A DNA stretch of 64,000 nucleotides from Thermoanaerobaculia bacterium (GTDB lineage Bacteria > Acidobacteriota > Thermoanaerobaculia > Multivoradales > UBA5704), in NCBI GenBank assembly GCA_036264355.1, contig DATARD010000190.1:16678-80677 (forward strand), in the 5' to 3' direction. The notes beneath the pieces were generated by a model. It saw only the letters and a list, made by a program, of their open reading frames with translations. It was not told where the DNA came from and did no database searches. The translations under genes and the position numbers were made by a program. Of the stretch, positions 58,867 to 64,000 are shown in pieces (the first letter of the stretch is position 1; every line of letters starts with the position of its first letter).

Positions 58867-60300
58867 CTACGACGGACATTGGCCGTTGACGACCAGATCT
58901 CTATACTGAGAGTACCAGGCCTTCTTTGCTGTGTTAAGAAGCTCGATGAAGTGTGCGCTTTCGCTCTCAGTGTTGAACACGGCAGCCCAGCCCCATCCGT
59001 TTCTGAAGGAGAGTCTTACCAACGATTTGCCGTTGTATGCCTGAGCGGGACCGATATCATCTTCGGAAATCCAGCAAAACCAATACTCGTCGTCGAGCTT
59101 GTTGGTCGAGGTTATCCAGCCGGAGTCTGAAAGATACGCCAAGCCTTTAATCGAGACGTTCGTGACCTCGATCGCATGGCTTGCGTTAGGGACGAGTCCG
59201 TGGCTTCTGGAAGACTTGTCCGAAATAACCGCAAAATGGCCCAGGGTCTGGGTGGCGGTCCGAGACGCGCGGACTCGAGCCGCGTAGCGGGCCTCGGCGG
59301 CGGCCTTCTCAGTGGCCGCAACGTCAGCGCTCTTCTGGCGAGCCTCGGTGGAGATTCGCTGAAAGGTCGGATTTGCGCTGTCAAGCTCAAGACCTAATGA
59401 GGCGAAATCGGCCGCTTCGCCCCAGCGCTGTGCGTCGAACGCTTGTTGAGCGGAGCGTTGGAGCCCTTCCGAGAGGGTCTTCAAAAGGCCTCGCCCGCCG
59501 TCGGCGTCGTAGGCCGCGAACAACCTCGCAGGAACAAACGCCCGTTGAAGCTGGCCGTTCGCGAGCGCTGAAGCGGCGGCAGTACGCCACCCCTGTGCCT
59601 CGGCGTCCAGCGCCGCGCAGTCGAGGTAACCAGTGCTTTCGAGCCAGTTGCCGTGAGCCGATTGGCCTTTCTGCTGCACTGTATTTAGAAAATCGTTCCA
59701 AGAGAAAGTAGAACTCTTTGGCCTAGCGTCTGAGTGCTTGTCCTTGCAGCGATTAGCGGCACTCTGAGAAGCGTGTCCTGGGTCGACAGCAACTGAGAAT
59801 GGATAGATCTTCGAGTTAACTCGGAGGGCATAGAGACCATCTGGGAGACGCTCTGTGGGGTGAATTAGAAGCATCTCGGTTTGACCCTTGATAGGGCCAA
59901 AGTTGACATTGACACTCTCGTCAAGTGGCAGCCACTGACCCGCTGGGGATATATGTATCTCAGTGAGTGTGTTGTCGCGAGGGTCTCTCACTCGTTCGAC
60001 GTCGTAGCGAACGAATGCACTATGACGCACTGAAAATATATCCTTCAAGTCCACAGATCCGCTGCCCAGAAGGCCACTGCCGATCACCTTGTCGAACACA
60101 ATGAACTCGGAATCGCTGCCAATTCGCAGTGGAGGTGTCTCGCTGAGCTGTTGCAGAGTGCGCCCCTCCCTAGCGTAAACGCCATACGACTCTGGAGTCG
60201 GTGGGCTGGCACAACTGGTAAGCAAGAGTACCGAGAAAGCTGCAAGTGCAAACAGTTGCCGCAGTGTCCGATGGTGATCAACCTGTGTACTTTGGGCCAT
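58867..60300 (-). CDS. Hypothetical lipoprotein with a TPR/coiled middle region
   Basis: RBS AAGGAGG; lipobox LTSC; 477-aa ORF in low-GC DNA. Confidence 0.7.
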   Translation of the reverse strand: MAQSTQVDHHRTLRQLFALAAFSVLLLTSCASPPTPESYGVYAREGRTLQQLSETPPLRIGSDSEFIVFDKVIGSGLLGSGSVDLKDIFSVRHSAFVRYDVERVRDPRDNTLTEIHISPAGQWLPLDESVNVNFGPIKGQTEMLLIHPTERLPDGLYALRVNSKIYPFSVAVDPGHASQSAANRCKDKHSDARPKSSTFSWNDFLNTVQQKGQSAHGNWLESTGYLDCAALDAEAQGWRTAAASALANGQLQRAFVPARLFAAYDADGGRGLLKTLSEGLQRSAQQAFDAQRWGEAADFASLGLELDSANPTFQRISTEARQKSADVAATEKAAAEARYAARVRASRTATQTLGHFAVISDKSSRSHGLVPNASHAIEVTNVSIKGLAYLSDSGWITSTNKLDDEYWFCWISEDDIGPAQAYNGKSLVRLSFRNGWGWAAVFNTESESAHFIELLNTAKKAWYSQYRDLVVNGQCPS

Positions 60301-60397
60301 GATTCCTCCTTGCTTTGGCGCTCCCTTTCCGGAGAGCGGCCGGTGGCGGAACGGCTGTCGGCAAGTCGACGGTTCGCCTCCGCCATCCGCTCGCCGT

Positions 60398-61153
60398 TCA
60401 ATGCGGCTCTAGAGGGACATTGCGGAATTGGGCTTTCAGTCCTCGCCCACCGTAAAATCCTCCCGCCGCCTCCTGGATCTCGATTAAGGCTGCGCGTTTA
60501 ACGCCGGAAGGTATTCCTTCGAAGCTCAGGACGGCCTTGATGGGCACCCCAGTGGTGAGGTTTGCAGCCGCAGGTGGTTTGTTAGATCCAAAGGTTATCA
60601 TAGGAACACGGGATCCTCCTCCGCCCAGGATCAATGACACGGCACTGTATTCAATTCCTCCTTCATCAATCAAGCGGGAATTCTCCGGAAGAAGATATAG
60701 AGTCCTGTCCTCCCCCTGATTTGTAACCAAGACTTCACATTCGAGGGCTGTTCCCGAACGAGCGCACTGCTTAAGCTCAAAGATGTGATCGCCGACTCGC
60801 TCCCGGAGAATTTCGGGTGCCGCGACAGGTCTGGTCGGTTCTCTCTCTGGTTCACGCGAAGTCGGCTCGACCGAAGAGGGAGTGAAACGGTCCGACGGCG
60901 TGGGCGTTGCCACAGCCGACGGAGTTGTGTCTGCTTGCTTAGGAGCCTGCGCTGGCAGCGCCGTTACAGGCTCGCGACCTGCTGATGGAGAAGGGCCCGA
61001 AGGCCCATGCCCATCGCCAAGCGGAGGGGGTGATTGCTGGGCAAATCGGCCTTCACCAACGATTACCGCTGCAATGACTGCCGCGATGACTGCCGCGATA
61101 ACACCCCCTACAAATCCCGAGATTGTCTTCTTATGGTTACTGTCCGTGCCCAT
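60398..61153 (-). CDS. Membrane-anchored hypothetical protein with a Pro-rich linker and C-terminal Ig-like domain
   Basis: TM 'GGVIAAVIAAVIAAVIV'; C-terminal 'FELKQC..SG..L.C...VTN...D.G.EY'. Confidence 0.7.
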   Translation of the reverse strand: MGTDSNHKKTISGFVGGVIAAVIAAVIAAVIVGEGRFAQQSPPPLGDGHGPSGPSPSAGREPVTALPAQAPKQADTTPSAVATPTPSDRFTPSSVEPTSREPEREPTRPVAAPEILRERVGDHIFELKQCARSGTALECEVLVTNQGEDRTLYLLPENSRLIDEGGIEYSAVSLILGGGGSRVPMITFGSNKPPAAANLTTGVPIKAVLSFEGIPSGVKRAALIEIQEAAGGFYGGRGLKAQFRNVPLEPH

Positions 61154-61645
61154 GATCGAACACTCCCCACTCTACTTACGACTTTTACGGTTACTTCTAT
61201 TCCACTTATTCCACTTGTTTCTCAGGGTCGACTGAGAGTTTCGGCCTGCAAGCACGCTGGAATAGGTGCCTCGCGCCAGGGGGGGTCTGGGTGGGTAACC
61301 ACCCAGGTCTACTCGGAAACCCGCTCCCTCCATGACTCCCTATACGCCTGAGGTTCAGCAGAACCTTCGCCAACAACGCTTGATTGCGATCATACCAGAT
61401 TCCTGGATGCCACACACCGAAGTCGCTTTTGCCGACGCTACGGGCAGGTCCTTCACGGTTGCGTTGGCGAAAGGGGAGGTGCGCGACAAACGAGAGCACA
61501 CTTTCCCTCATCAAGCAGGCACGGCCTGCCACCAAGGCGCGCCTCTGCCCTGCTTGGAAAGGAGCTCTGTGCTCATGGACCGCCAGTCCCGTGGTTCCTC
61601 CGTGGCCGCCTCGGCCAGCTCTCTGGCCCGGATGGCCAGGCAACT

Positions 61646-61945
61646 TTGATGGGGCGGTCCGGGCCGGGCCGCCCGGTGGCCGGAGTGGAACTGGCCCGGT
61701 TCGCAGTGGGAATCTCCGGCCGGCTCGACGAGGAGCGCTATGGGCGCGGCCTGGTGGCGGACACGCAGGCGATGGCGTGGGCCTGCCTCGGCAACTCCTA
61801 CCGGGTCGCTTCGGATCTGCGACGGGCCGAGGAGCCGTTGGACGAGGATCCCCGGCTCGTTCCTAAGCCGTCCCAGGGACAAGGGCCTCCAGCCCAGGAT
61901 TTCAATCCTGGGTGTGGGAAACCCAAAATCCCGCCAAAGGTTTGA
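61646..61945 (+). pseudogene. Fragment of a TPR-repeat protein family
   Basis: 'VELARFAV.I.GRLD.ERYG..LVAD.QA.AW..LGNSYRVASDLR.AE' followed by unrelated sequence. Confidence 0.5.
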
Positions 61946-61997
61946 CCGCGAGGAGCCTGCGATATGATGCAGGAAGTCCTGAGCTGTGGAGGTGTCT

Positions 61998-62288
61998 ATG
62001 GACGAGACTGCGGACGAGACGACCGACGAGACCAACGACGAGGCCTGGAAGACCGCCAAGATCGTGGGAACCGACGAAGAGGCCTCTCTGGTCATCGGCT
62101 TCCTGAACAACAACGGCATCGAGGCCCAGGTGGAGTCGCTGCATGCCAGCGAGTTCCCGACCGACTTCGGTCACCTGGGCGAGGTGCATGTGATGGTGCC
62201 GCCCGGGCAGTTGGCGGAGGCGCAGCAGTTGCTGGAGACGATCGACGCGGAGACGGCCGTGCCGGCCGCCGAGGGCGACGGAGAGTAG
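61998..62288 (+). CDS. DUF2007-like (putative signal-transducing) protein
   Basis: 'EEA.LV.GFL..NGI.A.V', 'V.V.VP..QL.EA..LL'; RBS GGAGGTG. Confidence 0.8.
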   Translation: MDETADETTDETNDEAWKTAKIVGTDEEASLVIGFLNNNGIEAQVESLHASEFPTDFGHLGEVHVMVPPGQLAEAQQLLETIDAETAVPAAEGDGE

Positions 62289-62296
62289 GCCCCGCG

Positions 62297-64000
62297 GTGA
62301 CCGATCCCACCGATCCCACCGATCCAATGGGGGGCCGCATGGTCGGCCGCTACCGCATCCTGGACTTCCTGGGTGCCGGTGCCATGGGTGAGGTGTTCCT
62401 CGCCGAGGACCCGCAGATCGAGCGCCGGCTCGCCATCAAGACGGTGCGCCTGGCCGGCCGGCCGCAGGAGATCGAGGACCGCAAGCGCCGCCTGCTGCGC
62501 GAGGCGCGGGCCGCCGGACGCCTGCTGCACCCGAACGTGGTGACGCTGTTCGACGCCGGCGAGGCGGAGGGGATGCTCTATCTCGCGTTCGAGCTGGTCG
62601 AGGGCACGGATCTCGCCGGACGCCTGGAGGCCGGCCCGCCGCTGTCGCTGCGCGAGGTGCTGCGCATCATCCGCCAGGTGGCGGACGCGCTCGACTTCGC
62701 CCACCGGCAGGGGATCGTGCACCGCGACATCAAGCCGAGCAACGTGCTGCTCGACAAGCAGGGGAAGGTGAAGGTCGCCGACTTCGGCATCGCCAAGGTG
62801 ACCGGCCAGAGCACCGAGCTGACGGTGGCCGGCTCGGTGATGGGGAGCCCGCAGTATCTGTCGCCGGAGCAGATCCGCGGCGAGGAGCTGGACGGGCGGA
62901 GCGACATCTTCTCGCTCGGGGTGGTGCTCTACGAGCTGCTGTCGCAGAAGCGCCCGTTCGACGGCGACACGATCACCACGCTGGTGTATCAGATCCTGCA
63001 CAAGGAGCCGCCTCCGATCTCGGAGCTGCGCGCGGTGCCCGAGCGGCTGGAGGCGCTGCTGCGCCGCATGCTGGCGAAGAATCGCGACGACCGCTTCGCC
63101 ACCGCCGCCGAGCTGGCGGCCGAGGTGGCGGCCTGCGAGCGCGAGCTGTCGGACGAGACGCTCTCCGCGCCGGCCGCGAACCTGCCGATGCAGGCGACGC
63201 GCATGCTGCCCAAGCGCACCACGGACGGGGTGCCGTCGCCGCAGGCTTCGGCGCCGCCGGGCACGCCGGTGACCGGCTCCTCGGTTCCTCCCCCGTCCCT
63301 GCCGCCGCGGGTGGCGACGCCGCCGCCCATTCCGGCCCGCGCGACGGCGCCACCCCCGGTCATGCCCGACACCGCCGCGCCGGTCGCCGCCTCGCCGTCG
63401 CGGCCGGGATATGGCAAGAGCCTGGCGGTGGCGATCATGCTGGTGCTCTTCCTGATGGTCGGCGCCGGCGCCGCCGGGGTGTGGTGGTTCTTCTTCCGCC
63501 ATCCGGTGACCCAGGAAGGCAACGGCGTCGGCATCCCGCCGGGCCAGGAGACTCCGGTCGCGGCGAGCAGCACGCCGCCGCAGGGCGCCGACTCCACTCC
63601 TCCGGCGGTCTCTGCCGCCACGCCGCCGCCGGACCTTGCGGCGGCACCAACGACGCAAGCTCCGCCGATTTCAATCCCGCCGGGGCAGATGGTGCGGCAG
63701 ACACCGCCCGGCCGTCCCGAACCGCCCGCGCCAACTGCGCCGCCGGTGCCGGCTCCCACCCCGCGCCAGCATGGACCGTTCGTGCCGCCCGCGGCGACCG
63801 GCTCGCCGGAGAGGCCGCAGCCGCCGGCTCCCGAGCCGCCGGTCCGGCAGGCCGAGCCGGAGGAGGAAGAGCAGCCCCGGCGCTCGGCCGGTGGACCGGT
63901 GGATCAGACCCTGAAGACCGGGGTCGCTCTCGTCTTCCGCCCGACTCCTCCCGATGCCTATGTGCTGGTGGACGGCACGATGATCGGGCAGGCGACCGAG
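62297..64000 (+). CDS. Hanks-type Ser/Thr protein kinase with TM, Pro-rich linker and start of a PEGA-like domain (runs off the window)
   Basis: 'LGAGAMGEV', 'AIK', 'HPNVV', 'HRDIKPSN', 'DFGIAK', 'GSPQY.SPEQ', 'D.RSDIFSLG'. Alternative start ATG at 62327. Confidence 0.92.
   Translation, partial: MTDPTDPTDPMGGRMVGRYRILDFLGAGAMGEVFLAEDPQIERRLAIKTVRLAGRPQEIEDRKRRLLREARAAGRLLHPNVVTLFDAGEAEGMLYLAFELVEGTDLAGRLEAGPPLSLREVLRIIRQVADALDFAHRQGIVHRDIKPSNVLLDKQGKVKVADFGIAKVTGQSTELTVAGSVMGSPQYLSPEQIRGEELDGRSDIFSLGVVLYELLSQKRPFDGDTITTLVYQILHKEPPPISELRAVPERLEALLRRMLAKNRDDRFATAAELAAEVAACERELSDETLSAPAANLPMQATRMLPKRTTDGVPSPQASAPPGTPVTGSSVPPPSLPPRVATPPPIPARATAPPPVMPDTAAPVAASPSRPGYGKSLAVAIMLVLFLMVGAGAAGVWWFFFRHPVTQEGNGVGIPPGQETPVAASSTPPQGADSTPPAVSAATPPPDLAAAPTTQAPPISIPPGQMVRQTPPGRPEPPAPTAPPVPAPTPRQHGPFVPPAATGSPERPQPPAPEPPVRQAEPEEEEQPRRSAGGPVDQTLKTGVALVFRPTPPDAYVLVDGTMIGQATE

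Larger units (their letters stand above)
58600..61950. mobile_element. Low-GC accessory patch (~52-58% vs ~70%); no mobility genes seen
   Basis: Spot count at 59701-59760 gives 52% GC. Contains orphan genes and a gene fragment. Confidence 0.5.

Noticed and set aside
61332-61649. 105-aa ORF in the low-GC patch
   Set aside because: No recognisable motif or RBS, and it is adjacent to decayed sequence; could be a remnant but is unsupported.
58600-61950. Prophage, IS or integrative element
   Set aside because: No integrase, transposase, att-like direct repeats or tRNA were found at the borders.
62300-62326. Short tandem repeats (ACCGATCCC x3 at the kinase start; VIAA x3 at ~61060-61100; PGET x2 at ~9750-9780)
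   Set aside because: These are in-frame low-complexity units, not homopolymeric or SSR phase-variation tracts that would shift frame.

Overview
GC-rich (~70% in spot counts) bacterial chromosomal segment. It is most likely Acidobacteriota, class Thermoanaerobaculia-like, inferred from a characteristic C-terminal domain at 47.3 kb and a TPR-family fragment at 61.7 kb. About 55 CDS/pseudogenes. Housekeeping and metabolic genes: gdhA, mqnD, gph-like HAD, homoserine dehydrogenase, cystathionine beta-synthase, PBP1C, CoA-transferase. Secreted/envelope proteins: C25 gingipain-like peptidase, BNR propeller, M23, serine hydrolases, three tandem DUF5818-like paralogs. Also present: a complete four-gene MoxR/RavA AAA+ - bpX5 - vWA-like - bpX6 'beta-propeller ternary' conflict-type operon (13.2-19.6 kb), three toxin-antitoxin loci (two with crippled toxins), and a ~3.3 kb low-GC patch near the right end. 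Non-coding signals found by reading the sequence: (1) a palindromic MITE/REP-like element inserted in frame inside the vWA gene; (2) a 9-nt-periodic palindrome after the operon; (3) a 21-nt tandem array in frame with a CPBP gene; (4) a shared operator-like motif defining a small DUF899/DUF2182 regulon; (5) pervasive leaderless-type promoters, with TANNNT 6-9 nt before the start codon in at least 12 genes. Several genes are broken by single-base lesions or internal deletions. No tRNA, rRNA, CRISPR, integrase or transposase was seen. All family assignments are from recalled motifs, not database searches.
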